A stretch of 64,000 bases of DNA from Thermodesulfobacteriota bacterium. Lineage in GTDB: Bacteria; Desulfobacterota_D; UBA1144; Nemesobacterales; Mycalebacteriaceae. The stretch covers positions 224,001-288,000 of the forward strand of contig OZ245366.1 of the NCBI GenBank assembly GCA_965226585.1. Reading direction: 5' to 3'. The position numbers and the translations under genes are program-made. Shown here piece after piece: positions 54,431 to 64,000 of this stretch. The notes beneath the pieces are model-generated. The model ran no database searches, was not told where the DNA came from, and saw only the letters and a list, made by a program, of their open reading frames with translations. Positions within the stretch are counted from its first letter, which is position 1; the number at the start of each line of letters is the position of its first letter.

Positions 54431-57028
54431 ATGGCTACCGACTCAAGCACACCGATGCTTGAACAGTACAGAAGCATCAAAAGCCGCTATCCGGATTCCA
54501 TACTTTTTTTCCGTCTCGGCGACTTTTATGAGATGTTCTTTGAAGACGCAAAGACAGCGGCGGGCATTCTCGGAATTACCCTCACGGCGCGCAACAAAAA
54601 GTCTGAAAACCCCGTTCCGCTTTGCGGCGTTCCGTTTCACAGCGCAGACGGCTACCTGTCAAAACTTCTCTCACGCGGCTTGAAGGTCGCCATATGCGAA
54701 CAGGTTGAAGACAACGCGCCCGGAAAAATTGTCGGGCGCAGAGTGGTAAAAGTTCTGACCCCCGGCACCGTTTTGGGCGATGAAAATCTGGACTCAAAAA
54801 CCAACAACTACATAGCTTGCGCCGCGCGGAACTCTACGGGCTTCCATCTGGCGCACTGCGACATATCCACGGGAGATTTCAAAGTCCGCTCCTTCGAATC
54901 AGACCATGAAGCCTCTTCCGAACTTTTCAAACTCGCCCCTTCTGAGATAGTCCTGCCTTCTGAAAACACGCTTCCCGAACTGACCGGAGCAGACGCGGGG
55001 CCTCTCCTCACGGTCAGAGACGACCTGTTCAACGTTTCAAAACCCGGCGCGGCGGTGATGAAACACTTCGGCATCAAATCTCTCGGGGCGTGCGGTTTTG
55101 ATGAAAACTCAGGAGCCGCCCTTGTCTGCTCCGCCCTTGTTGAATATATGCGGGAAACGCAGATGGAGTATATGCCCGCAATAACGCTTCCGGTTTTGCT
55201 CTCGCCCGCCGGACACGTGAGCATAGACGACTCCACAAGAAAAAATCTTGAACTCGTGGAGCCGATGAACTCTGCGGACGGTCCCACGCTTGTGAAGGCG
55301 ATTGACCACACACTTACCCCGATGGGCGGCCGTCTGCTCAGAAACTGGATTGACTACCCCCTTAAAGACCCCGCCGCGATTTGCGAGCGGCTTGACGCGG
55401 TGGAAACGCTTGTTTCAGACAAAACACTTTCCGCCCGTCTTTGCGAAGGGCTGAAATCAACGGGAGATATGGAGCGTCTCTCAGGGCGCATCTCCACTCC
55501 CTCTGCGCGCCCCAGAGACCTTACCGCCCTGAGAGATTCCCTCAAAACGGCGGAGGAATTGAAAGCCGCCCTCTCAAACTGTGCCGACAATTTTCTCTCA
55601 AACCTCCGTGACGGGATAGACGGCTTTCCCGCAGCAGTTCGCCGAATAGAGGAGACGGTCGCAGACGAGCCGCCCGCAACGCTTTCGGAAGGGGGCGTGA
55701 TACGGGAGGGAAAAGATCCGAAACTTGACGGGCTCAGGTCGCTTCAGCGGGACGGCAGAAACTGGATATCACGCTTTGAGGAAAGCCAGAGAGAACTCAC
55801 GGGAATACAGTCGCTCAAGGTCGGGTACAACAGGGTTTTCGGCTACTACGTTGAAGTGCGCAAATCGGGGCTGGAAAAGGTTCCGCAAACTTATGTGAGA
55901 AAGCAGACGCTTTCATCGGGCGAGAGATTCACAACGCCTGAACTGGCGCAGTGGGAGGAGAAGATAAAGACCGCGGAGGATGAAACTCTGCGCCTTGAAA
56001 GAGAGATATTTGAGGATTTGCGGCGAGAGATTTCCGCCCTCACGGACGGCATCCGCTCGTGCGCCGCAAGGATAGCCGCCCTTGATGTCATATCCTCTTT
56101 CGCTTCATGCGCCGTCAGAAACGGATACTCCAAACCGCTTATTACCACGGGCGGGGAAATACACCTTGAAGCAAGCCGCCATCCGGTTGTGGAGCAGATA
56201 CGGACAGCCGCGGACTTTGTGCCGAATGACGTAAAAATGGACTGCGCCGGAGACAGGTTTCTACTCATAACGGGACCTAACATGGCGGGAAAATCCACAC
56301 TCATAAGACAGGTTGCTCTCACCGTTTTGATGGCTCAGGCGGGCGGTTTTGTTCCGTGCTCAAAAGCCGAAATAGGGGTTGTGGACAAGATATTCACCCG
56401 TGTCGGCGCGTCAGACAATCTGGCAAAGGGGCTTTCAACTTTTATGTCCGAGATGGTGGAGACGGCTTACATAATGCGGAACTGCACCGGGCGCAGTCTT
56501 GTGATTCTTGACGAAATAGGACGCGGAACCGGAACCTTTGACGGAATGAGCATCGCCTGGGCGGTGGCGGAGCATTTGCACAAAATCGGGGCGCGCTCTC
56601 TTTTCGCCACGCACTACCACGAACTCTCAAATCTCACGGCGTCAAATCCGGGCGTGAAGAACTACAACGTTGCCGTGAAGAGAAGCGGAGACGAGATAGT
56701 TTTTCTTAAAAAACTCGTTCCCGGACACTCAAGCCACAGTTACGGAATCCAGGTCGCCGCGCTTGCGGGCGTGCCGCCGGAAGTTCTTGATTCCGCCCGC
56801 TCAATGCTTGCGTCTCTTGAGGGAATGCGCTCAAAAATGAGCGAGTTGATGGGCGCGGGGCAAACCGTTCTTTTCCCCGAAATGGGCGCGGAAACGGGAG
56901 GAGGAAAAGAAAGGGAACTCAGAGAAGTGGAGCGGATTATAAACGATGCCGACACGATGAACCTCACGCCGTCCGGGGCGATAAAGACAATAGAGGAACT
57001 TAAAAAGAAGTTGGAAACCGTTGACTGA
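54431..57028 (+). CDS. mutS: DNA mismatch repair protein MutS
   Basis: TPM..QY, FRLGDFYE.F, TGPNMAGKST, DEIGRGT and ATHYHEL. Confidence 0.97.
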   Translation: MATDSSTPMLEQYRSIKSRYPDSILFFRLGDFYEMFFEDAKTAAGILGITLTARNKKSENPVPLCGVPFHSADGYLSKLLSRGLKVAICEQVEDNAPGKIVGRRVVKVLTPGTVLGDENLDSKTNNYIACAARNSTGFHLAHCDISTGDFKVRSFESDHEASSELFKLAPSEIVLPSENTLPELTGADAGPLLTVRDDLFNVSKPGAAVMKHFGIKSLGACGFDENSGAALVCSALVEYMRETQMEYMPAITLPVLLSPAGHVSIDDSTRKNLELVEPMNSADGPTLVKAIDHTLTPMGGRLLRNWIDYPLKDPAAICERLDAVETLVSDKTLSARLCEGLKSTGDMERLSGRISTPSARPRDLTALRDSLKTAEELKAALSNCADNFLSNLRDGIDGFPAAVRRIEETVADEPPATLSEGGVIREGKDPKLDGLRSLQRDGRNWISRFEESQRELTGIQSLKVGYNRVFGYYVEVRKSGLEKVPQTYVRKQTLSSGERFTTPELAQWEEKIKTAEDETLRLEREIFEDLRREISALTDGIRSCAARIAALDVISSFASCAVRNGYSKPLITTGGEIHLEASRHPVVEQIRTAADFVPNDVKMDCAGDRFLLITGPNMAGKSTLIRQVALTVLMAQAGGFVPCSKAEIGVVDKIFTRVGASDNLAKGLSTFMSEMVETAYIMRNCTGRSLVILDEIGRGTGTFDGMSIAWAVAEHLHKIGARSLFATHYHELSNLTASNPGVKNYNVAVKRSGDEIVFLKKLVPGHSSHSYGIQVAALAGVPPEVLDSARSMLASLEGMRSKMSELMGAGQTVLFPEMGAETGGGKERELREVERIINDADTMNLTPSGAIKTIEELKKKLETVD

Positions 57029-57434
57029 AAACGTTTTGAAAAAGATCGCGCGCCTTATCAAACCCGGCTCTTCCTCAAAAGAAGCGGCAAACCGCGGGGA
57101 ACGGATGGCGGCGGAGTTTCTCTCAAAAGCGGGCTTCAAAATCCTTGAAACAAACTTCCGCTGTAAATACGGGGAGATAGATATCATCTGTTTGCGCGAT
57201 GGCATTTTCTGCTTTGTTGAGGTGAAGTCGCGCACAAGCTTCAGCTACGGGCTTCCCGAAGAGTTTGTTGATTTCCGCAAGAGAAAAAAACTTACTCTCA
57301 CCGCCCTCAAATACATAAAAGACAGGCGTATTGAGACAAGCCCGATGCGTTTTGATGTTGTCTCGATAGACCTTTCAAGCGGAAAAGTGAAACTTATAGA
57401 GGGGGCGTTTGAGGCGGCATTTCAGAATTTTTAA
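57021..57434 (+). CDS. YraN (UPF0102) family nuclease
   Basis: GE..A..FL, NFR...GEIDII, FVEVKSR and RFDVV. Confidence 0.92.
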   Translation: MTENVLKKIARLIKPGSSSKEAANRGERMAAEFLSKAGFKILETNFRCKYGEIDIICLRDGIFCFVEVKSRTSFSYGLPEEFVDFRKRKKLTLTALKYIKDRRIETSPMRFDVVSIDLSSGKVKLIEGAFEAAFQNF

Positions 57435-57439
57435 TGTTG

Positions 57440-57468
57440 TTGACATTTAAGTCAGAAGTCTTTACTAT
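57440..57468 (+). promoter_or_regulatory. Near-consensus sigma70 promoter with no downstream ORF
   Basis: TTGACA (57440-57445), 17-bp spacer, TACTAT (57463-57468). Confidence 0.7.
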
Positions 57469-57473
57469 TTGGG

Positions 57474-57553
57474 AGCAAGTTAGGAAGTTTACTTAACTCC
57501 TCCTCCTGCCTTACAGAGAGACCGTCCGGACAACGGACGGTCTCTCTTTTTTT
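57474..57553 (+). ncRNA. Candidate small RNA of about 80 nt
   Basis: Bounded by the promoter above and an intrinsic terminator. Contains CTCCTCCTCC at 57497-57506. Confidence 0.55.
57515..57553 (+). terminator. Rho-independent terminator
   Basis: Perfect 14-bp stem AGAGAGACCGTCCG / CGGACGGTCTCTCT with a GACAA loop, followed by a T-run. Confidence 0.88.
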
Positions 57554-57562
57554 GTGCCGCCG

Positions 57563-58369
57563 TTACTGCGGGCTGAATCCGGAAAGTTTTGAAAGTTTGC
57601 GCAAGGTCATCATTCCTTTGTGCAAAACGCCGTCTATCTCCCACGTGGGAAACGCTTTTACCTTCTTTTCCCTGCACAGTTCCGCCCGCGCGTTTTTGCC
57701 TTTGGGGTTGCACTCAACATAGTTCAATTTTCCCGCGTATTTGCCGAAATATCTTTTCTGCGTCTTGCATGCCGGGCAGGTGAATGAGCCGTACATCACC
57801 GCCCCGGATTCTTTCAAGTGAAGAGCGAGTTCTTCCTGAAACCTGTTCCTTTCAGCCGTCTCCTTGATAACCGCCTCACTCGGACCCAGCGCGGAGGAAG
57901 CGTACCCGCCCGCCCCGGCAAGCGCGGCTATCAAAACGGCAACTGCTATCCGCCCTCCCGCCGCCGGGCGAAGCGACAGTATCCATATCACGGCTATTAT
58001 CACCGCAGACGCCACACAAAAAGGGCATACCTGTTTAATGACAAAAAATTCAGCCCACGAAAGGTAGACCGACACACCCGCTCCCGCGCTCGCAAGGGCT
58101 ACCGTCAGTTGAGCATTCCGCCACTCTCTCCGCAGATTTGAGAGCGCGAGGGCGGCGTATCCAATCGTTCCGAACAAAGACGCGGGCAGTCCGAACATCT
58201 TTGAGTACCTGCTGTTCAGAACCGCGTCGCACTCCCATCCCTGCCCGCAGTATGTCCCCGCTCCGCCGGTAGTGTAGTATACTGCGGTCAGGTAGAGGCA
58301 GATGAGAAACCCAACTCCCGAAAGAGCGGATATGGCAGCAGGTGTTTTTCCGTCAGTTTTTTCGTCCAT
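57563..58369 (-). CDS. Vitamin K epoxide reductase (VKOR) fused to a thioredoxin-like domain
   Basis: Loop Cys pair, VL.S.YS, CPFC, then YG...CPAC..QK and FPTW. Confidence 0.9.
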   Translation of the reverse strand: MDEKTDGKTPAAISALSGVGFLICLYLTAVYYTTGGAGTYCGQGWECDAVLNSRYSKMFGLPASLFGTIGYAALALSNLRREWRNAQLTVALASAGAGVSVYLSWAEFFVIKQVCPFCVASAVIIAVIWILSLRPAAGGRIAVAVLIAALAGAGGYASSALGPSEAVIKETAERNRFQEELALHLKESGAVMYGSFTCPACKTQKRYFGKYAGKLNYVECNPKGKNARAELCREKKVKAFPTWEIDGVLHKGMMTLRKLSKLSGFSPQ

Positions 58370-58426
58370 AACAGTTGTGAATTATAACAGCAAATTCGTC
58401 CGATTTTTCCCGGAGAAAATCCTGTT

Positions 58427-59017
58427 TTGAAAAATTTTTCCTACACTCGCGGCTTCGCTTTGTTTCTCTCCGTAATATTTTCCCCCGCCCTTATCGTGTG
58501 CTACTGCGCGGCGGCTTTCTATCCGCGCATGGAAGAGGGGCGGATGTTTATGCTCGCCCTTATAGTTCTTGTGTTTGTCGTTCCCCCGGTTCTGTACGTG
58601 CGGTTTCTCATGAGCAGGGGGGCGGTGTCGGGTTTTCATCTTCTCAACCGCTCGGAGCGGTTCAGGCCCATGAAGTTCATGGTGGTCAACACCGCGCTCG
58701 GAATGTTTATTTTCAGCCGCGTGGAAAGCCCCCCGCTTGTGCTTGATGTTGTGCTCGCCTGCCTTGTCGCGCTTCTTGCCGTCTATTCCATAACTCTCTA
58801 CTACAAGATAAGCGCGCACAGCGCGGCGGTTTCTTCGCTGTCTGTTGTTCTTATTCTTCTCTACGGCTGGACGGCGGCGCCTTTTCTCGCGTTCATACCG
58901 CTTGTGTCATGGGCGCGCGTGCGGATGGCTGTTCACACTACGCCGCAAGTGGTGTCGGGAAGTCTTCTCGGTTTTTCCATAACGTTTGCCGTTCTGAAGC
59001 TCAAAGGACATTTCTGA
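58427..59017 (+). CDS. PAP2-superfamily-like membrane protein
   Basis: Multiple TM segments, KISAH and WARV....HT..QV..G. Confidence 0.65.
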   Translation: MKNFSYTRGFALFLSVIFSPALIVCYCAAAFYPRMEEGRMFMLALIVLVFVVPPVLYVRFLMSRGAVSGFHLLNRSERFRPMKFMVVNTALGMFIFSRVESPPLVLDVVLACLVALLAVYSITLYYKISAHSAAVSSLSVVLILLYGWTAAPFLAFIPLVSWARVRMAVHTTPQVVSGSLLGFSITFAVLKLKGHF

Positions 59018-60038
59018 GAACGGACGGAACCGTCTCCGGTTCCTCGCTTCCTTCGGCTATCCCGATTATCTTTTCCGCGATTTTAAGGGAGTTGTCATCA
59101 AACTCCACACGCCCGGGCTTCGGCATATTGACGAAACTCTCAAGCTGTTCAGGCAGTTTGAAGGTTACTTTTTTCTCAACCTTCGCGCCCATCCGTTTCA
59201 AGGCGGCGGCGTTGCATTTCTGCTCATACTGCCCCGCCATCGGGATGGCAAAAAGTTTCTTGCCGAGAAAAAGCGCCTCTGACGGCGTTTCAAAACCGCT
59301 GTTGCAGAACACCCCTTCGCCCGAACATATAGAGTCCGCGAACTTTTCTCTGTCCACGGGGAGGATTAAAACATTTTTGTCCCTTCGCTCTCCGCTGTCA
59401 GTGTGTTTGGAAAACAGATGCCACTCCACGTCAACGTTTTTCAGATACGGCGTTATTTCTTCGGGCGCGAAAGACGGCAGATACACCGTGTAGTGCCCCA
59501 GATTTTTCCCGTCTCTCTGCCGCACCTCGGACCTTATGAGAGGCGTCTCTATGAAGGAGTCGTATTTTTCAAAATGAAGCCCCAGCGGGATTGAGACCGG
59601 CGCGTACCACTTCATCAACGCCTCGCTCATGCGGTCAACCTTTGCGGGTCGCGGGCATTTTTCAGACACAAACGCCGTCTGGTGTGAAAGCGAAACGCAC
59701 TTCAGCCCCTTCAGCAGACACGCCCACGAGGTTACCGGCTCAAAGTCGCTCACAACAATGTCGTATTCTTCAACGGGCAGTTTTCTCACGGTGGAGAAAA
59801 ACACGTGCGGACGCGCGCTTTTTATGGACGCCATCAGGTCTATCCCGCCTTTTTTTCCGAAAACAAAGCCCAGCCCGCGGGGCCTGAACTTCACGGGAGA
59901 GCCCGCGTCTATCTCGCTGTGGGAATCGCTGAGAAGGACTTCCACCTCCGCTCCCAGACCTTTGAGGCGGGAAATAATCTCACGGGAGCGGATTATGTGT
60001 CCGTTGCCCGTGCCTTGAATTCCATAGAGAATTTTCAT
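59001..60038 (-). CDS. MJ1255/VC2487-type GT-B glycosyltransferase
   Basis: MKILYG.QGTGNGH..R, SDFEP, GFE..SEAL and GQYEQ..NA. Confidence 0.85.
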   Translation of the reverse strand: MKILYGIQGTGNGHIIRSREIISRLKGLGAEVEVLLSDSHSEIDAGSPVKFRPRGLGFVFGKKGGIDLMASIKSARPHVFFSTVRKLPVEEYDIVVSDFEPVTSWACLLKGLKCVSLSHQTAFVSEKCPRPAKVDRMSEALMKWYAPVSIPLGLHFEKYDSFIETPLIRSEVRQRDGKNLGHYTVYLPSFAPEEITPYLKNVDVEWHLFSKHTDSGERRDKNVLILPVDREKFADSICSGEGVFCNSGFETPSEALFLGKKLFAIPMAGQYEQKCNAAALKRMGAKVEKKVTFKLPEQLESFVNMPKPGRVEFDDNSLKIAEKIIGIAEGSEEPETVPSVLRNVL

Positions 60039-60140
60039 TGACCAGTTGTCATAATATTTTCAATCTGCCGAAAATCAAACCGCTTGCCCGCCCCGTTTTA
60101 TGCTGTAAAATGCGTTACCCGCTTTGAGGGGGAGAGGTTT

Positions 60141-61310
60141 ATGGACATAAAATGGTCTGACAGAATATCGGATTTGCCGCCCTATCTTTTCGCGGAGATA
60201 GACAAAAAGAAAGCGGAGCAGATAGCAAAAGGGGTTGACGTTATAGACCTCGGAGTGGGCGACCCCGACATTCCCACCCCTTCCCACATAGTCAAAGCGG
60301 CGGCGGACGCCGTTGCCGACCCGTCAAACCACCGCTACCCGTCTTACGCCGGAATGGCGGAGTTCAGGGCGGCGGCGGCAAAGTGGTACGAAAAACGGTT
60401 CGGTCTCAAACTCGACCCCGACACTCAAGTGCTTGCCCTCATCGGCTCAAAAGAGGGAGTTGCCCACGCGCCGATGGCTTTTGTAAATCCCGGAGACACG
60501 GCTCTTGTTCCGGACCCCGGCTACCCGGTCTATCCGGTTTCAGTTTCTTTCGCGGGCGGCGTTTGCCACACGATGCCCCTGCTGAAAGAAAACGGCTTCC
60601 TGCCAGACTTCGGCGCGGTTGCCCCGGAAGTGGCGGACAAGGCGGCGATGATGTTTCTCAATTACCCGAACAACCCCACAACCGCAATTGCGGACGAAGC
60701 GTTTTTTGCGGATGCCGTGGAGTTCGCCCTTAAACACAACATAGTGATATGCCATGACGCGGCTTACACCGAAGTCGCGTTTGACGGCTACAGCCCGCCC
60801 AGTTTTCTCACCACCCCCGGAGCAATGGAGGTGGGCATTGAGTTCCATTCGCTTTCAAAAACCTTCAGCATGACCGGCTGGAGAATCGCTTTCGCGGCGG
60901 GTTCTCCCCGCGCCGTGGCGGCTCTCGGAAAGGTGAAAACAAACATAGATTCAGGCGCGTTTCAGGCGGTTCAAGTCGCGGCGATAGAGGCGCTTACCGG
61001 CAGAGACGAGGGCTTTTCCCAAAGGGTGGAAACATACAAAACCCGCAGAGACATATTCTGCAAAGGGCTTGACAGAGCGGGCCTTTCCTACGGCAAGCCG
61101 CCCCTTTCAACCTTTTACGTCTGGTTTGAGGTTCCCAAAGGGGTAACCTCCGCCCGGTTCTCATCCGCCGTTCTTGAGCAGTGCGGGGTTGTGCTTACGC
61201 CCGGAAACGGGTTCGGGGATTTCGGCGAGGGATACGCGCGCGCGTCCATAACGTTTGACACGGAAAGGATAAAAGAGGCGGCGGACAGAATAGCGTCCCT
61301 GTCCCTCTGA
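60141..61310 (+). CDS. dapL: LL-diaminopimelate aminotransferase-like class I/II aminotransferase
   Basis: LPPYLFA, LGVGDPD.PTP, GSKEG, NYPNNPT and SLSKT.SMTGWR. Confidence 0.8.
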   Translation: MDIKWSDRISDLPPYLFAEIDKKKAEQIAKGVDVIDLGVGDPDIPTPSHIVKAAADAVADPSNHRYPSYAGMAEFRAAAAKWYEKRFGLKLDPDTQVLALIGSKEGVAHAPMAFVNPGDTALVPDPGYPVYPVSVSFAGGVCHTMPLLKENGFLPDFGAVAPEVADKAAMMFLNYPNNPTTAIADEAFFADAVEFALKHNIVICHDAAYTEVAFDGYSPPSFLTTPGAMEVGIEFHSLSKTFSMTGWRIAFAAGSPRAVAALGKVKTNIDSGAFQAVQVAAIEALTGRDEGFSQRVETYKTRRDIFCKGLDRAGLSYGKPPLSTFYVWFEVPKGVTSARFSSAVLEQCGVVLTPGNGFGDFGEGYARASITFDTERIKEAADRIASLSL

Positions 61311-61327
61311 CGCCCGGTGTTCCGGCT

Positions 61328-62815
61328 ATGCCCGCAGACCCGTTTCAAATTCCGGTTTTCCTTTTTGAAATTGTCTATTTCGCGTCCATGGTGTTTCTGT
61401 CCTCACTCGGTTTGCACAGATACCGCCTCTGCGGCCTCTACCTCAAAGCGCGGGGAAAAAAACCTTCCGAGTGCGCCCCTCCGCCCGAACTCCCGTCCGT
61501 AACCGTCCAGCTTCCCGTCTATAACGAACAATATGTTGTGGAGCGTCTCATAGAGGCGGCGTGCTCTCTGGACTACCCTCATCACCTGCTTGAGATTCAA
61601 GTGCTTGACGACTCAACCGACCGGACTTCCGAAATTGCGGCGGAAACCGTCCGGCGCAAAAAAGCGGAGGGTTTGAGCATAAGCCACATCCGGCGCGAGA
61701 CAAGGCGCGGATACAAGGCGGGCGCGCTCAAAGACGCCGCCGCAAAGGCAAACGGGGAGATAACCGCCCTTTTTGACGCCGATTTTGTTCCCCCGCGCGA
61801 TTTTCTGCTCCGCGCCGTTGGCAGTTTTTCAGACCCTTCGGTCGGCATCGCGCAGGCAAGGTGGGGGCATATCAACCTCAGGCAGTCGCTTCTCACCCGC
61901 CTGCAAAGCATTTTTCTTGACGGGCATTTTCTCATAGAGCAAACCGGACGGGCGGCGGCGGGGGTGTTTCTGAACTTCAACGGCACGGCAACGCTCATCA
62001 GAGCCTCCTGTCTGTCGTCATGCGGGGGCTGGCAGGAAGACACGGTTGCCGAAGACCTTGACCTCAGTTGCCGCGCCCAGCTCGGCGGGTGGAAGATAAA
62101 GTATTTGAGAGACCTCGTGTGTCCGGCGGAGCTGCCGCCCGATGTTCAGGCGTTCAAATCACAGCAAAGCAGATGGGCGACCGGCGGAATACAGAACGCT
62201 TTTAAGTTTCTGGGCGAAATAATCCGCAGAAAAGACTTGTCCGCCGGATTCAAAACCGAAGCCGCGTTTCATATGCTCGGCAACCTTTCCAGCCCGTTTT
62301 TTCTGCTCGCCGTTTTTTCTGCGGTCGTCATAAGTGTGAAGGGCGGAACGGTTCCCGCCCCGGTCTATTCCGTTTTCGGAGCCGCCGCTTTTTTGGCAAG
62401 CGGGGGGATATTCGCCTTCTACACCCTCTGCGCATTTGACAGCCGGGGCGGGGAGAACGCAATCGGACGCCTGCTTGCCGTTCCGCTTACGGTTGTGCTG
62501 TGGGCGGGAATGTCTGTCAGTAACACGCGGGCGGTTTTGCGGGCGGTTGCGGGAAAGCGAGGGGAGTTTGTGCGCACACCGAAAACCGCTTCAACCGGCT
62601 CGCTTTTCAAAAAAGCGGGCGTTTACGGGTCGCGGTTTGATTTCAGCGCGCTTGTAGAGTTTGCCTTCTCGGTCGCGCTTGCCGCCATCGCCTTGCGCCC
62701 CGGAGAGAAAGACGCTTTTCTGCAAACCCTTCTGCTTGTTTTCTCGGCGGCGTTTTTCTATGTTTCCACGCTTTCAGTGAAACAGCACCTCCAGAGGTTT
62801 GCGGGCAGGTCTTGA
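61328..62815 (+). CDS. Family 2 membrane glycosyltransferase (CslA/cellulose-synthase-like)
   Basis: QLPVYNE, QVLDDSTD, KAGAL, FDADF, EDLDL and QQSRW. Confidence 0.9.
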   Translation: MPADPFQIPVFLFEIVYFASMVFLSSLGLHRYRLCGLYLKARGKKPSECAPPPELPSVTVQLPVYNEQYVVERLIEAACSLDYPHHLLEIQVLDDSTDRTSEIAAETVRRKKAEGLSISHIRRETRRGYKAGALKDAAAKANGEITALFDADFVPPRDFLLRAVGSFSDPSVGIAQARWGHINLRQSLLTRLQSIFLDGHFLIEQTGRAAAGVFLNFNGTATLIRASCLSSCGGWQEDTVAEDLDLSCRAQLGGWKIKYLRDLVCPAELPPDVQAFKSQQSRWATGGIQNAFKFLGEIIRRKDLSAGFKTEAAFHMLGNLSSPFFLLAVFSAVVISVKGGTVPAPVYSVFGAAAFLASGGIFAFYTLCAFDSRGGENAIGRLLAVPLTVVLWAGMSVSNTRAVLRAVAGKRGEFVRTPKTASTGSLFKKAGVYGSRFDFSALVEFAFSVALAAIALRPGEKDAFLQTLLLVFSAAFFYVSTLSVKQHLQRFAGRS

Positions 62816-62904
62816 CAAAGGAAAACTTGAAAATAGTATAAGTCGTCTGAATGCGACAGGGTGAGTCGGCAATCAGAAAGCAACTTCCTTCAGGAGGAAA
62901 AGAT

Positions 62905-64000
62905 ATGTCAGAGAGTTACAAATTCAGTTCAAGAACGAAGCATTTTGTTCAGCCCAGGCAGTGGGCGAGCATGAGGGTCGCAAAAGAGCTTGAGAAAAAA
63001 ACGGGCACAAAGGTCATACACTTTGAAAAAGGCGACTATCAGGGTCCCGATTTTGAAACCCCCCAGCACATAATAGAGGCAACCACAAGAGCGGTTGAAG
63101 AGGGTTACGTGCGCTACGACCCGGGTCCGGGACTTCCCGAACTCAGGGAGGCGATAGCCGAAAGGGTGACAAGCCAGGGGCGCAAAACGGATCCGGAAGA
63201 GGTCATCGTTACCGCCGGAGCCAAGCACGCGCTTACGGCAACTCTCAACATCTTCCTTGAAGACGGCGATGAGGTGATATTTCCCAACCCCGGATACCCG
63301 CCGGACGAAGTGTGGGCGAAGTTTCTGGGAGCGAAAATCAAGCACACGCCGCTGACAGACCCCGACTGGCAGTTTGACGTTGAAAAACTTGAATCCCTCA
63401 TAACCCCGAAAACAAAACTCATTATCATAAACACACCCCAGCGTCCGAATGGACACCTTGTTGAAAATGCCGCGGATATAGCGGAGATGTGTTCAAGGCA
63501 TCCGCATGTTGCCGTCATATCAGACGAGATATTCTCTCAGGTTACCTTTGACAAGCCGCACAACAGCATCAGCGCGATTTCGGGAATGGAAGACAGAACA
63601 ATCGTGATAGACACCTTTTCCAAAACATGGGCGATGACCGGCTGGAGAATCGGCTGGGCTGTCGCTCCAAAACCCATAGTGCAGAAGATGTCCATATTTC
63701 TGCAGGACTCAATCACCAACGTTGCCGCCCTTATACAGCGCGCCGCGTATTCCGCCCTCACGGGCCCGCAAGACTGGGTTCACGAGAAGCACGCCCTTCT
63801 CCAAAGCAAGAGAGACAGAATGGTCGCCGCCCTCAACGAGGTTCCCGGAGTCAAATGCGACACACCGGACGGCGCGTTCTACGCCTTTGCAGACATAACC
63901 GGAACGGGCATGACTTCACAGCAATACACAGACCTTCTTGTTGAGAAGGCGGGGGTCGCCGTTGTGGCGGGAACCGCTTTCGGAGACAGAGGCGAGGGTT
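62905..64000 (+). CDS. Class I/II PLP-dependent aminotransferase (aspartate aminotransferase-like), 3'-truncated by the window edge
   Basis: CAGGAGG RBS and ATG 62905. Motifs G.PELREAIA, ISDEI and TFSKTWAMTGWRIG. Absent from the ORF track because there is no stop in the window. Confidence 0.9.
   Translation, partial: MSESYKFSSRTKHFVQPRQWASMRVAKELEKKTGTKVIHFEKGDYQGPDFETPQHIIEATTRAVEEGYVRYDPGPGLPELREAIAERVTSQGRKTDPEEVIVTAGAKHALTATLNIFLEDGDEVIFPNPGYPPDEVWAKFLGAKIKHTPLTDPDWQFDVEKLESLITPKTKLIIINTPQRPNGHLVENAADIAEMCSRHPHVAVISDEIFSQVTFDKPHNSISAISGMEDRTIVIDTFSKTWAMTGWRIGWAVAPKPIVQKMSIFLQDSITNVAALIQRAAYSALTGPQDWVHEKHALLQSKRDRMVAALNEVPGVKCDTPDGAFYAFADITGTGMTSQQYTDLLVEKAGVAVVAGTAFGDRGEG

Noticed and set aside
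13514..63944. Many long antisense or alternate-frame ORFs (e.g. 13514..14419, 14444..15220, 20518..21243, 44666..45430, 49893..50798)
   Set aside because: They are shadows of well-supported genes and have no recognisable motifs.

Overview
This 64-kb window is bacterial chromosome of roughly 50% GC that spans the replication origin. It contains dnaA-oriC-dnaN, two perfect parS sites at mnmE, and a second DnaA-box cluster about 17 kb from oriC. Most of the window is housekeeping: an acyl-CoA carboxylase, gltX fused to coaE, rplM-rpsI-ino1, a sigma-70 factor, sod, tilS, ihfA, pheT, mnmE, pabB/pabC-like genes, leuA, hisBHC, pheA, tyrA, cofC, speB, msrB, thiL, mutS, dapL and three tRNAs. An AT-richer defence-like island at about 1.2-6.2 kb encodes a Fic protein and an McrBC-type restriction pair with an unusual multidomain McrB, preceded by an intergenic region packed with palindromic repeats. 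The best leads outside the gene calls are: (1) the palindrome/promoter array upstream of fic; (2) an asymmetric GGGTCAGGTCT motif seen five times, only around the parS cluster; (3) two convergent DnaA-trio tracts in oriC; (4) a promoter-plus-terminator-bounded ~80-nt candidate sRNA with an anti-SD tract; (5) a structured leader upstream of an outer-membrane protein gene; (6) the GluRS-CoaE fusion. All calls come from motif recognition by eye. No database search or folding program was run, and the taxon is not established from sequence alone.
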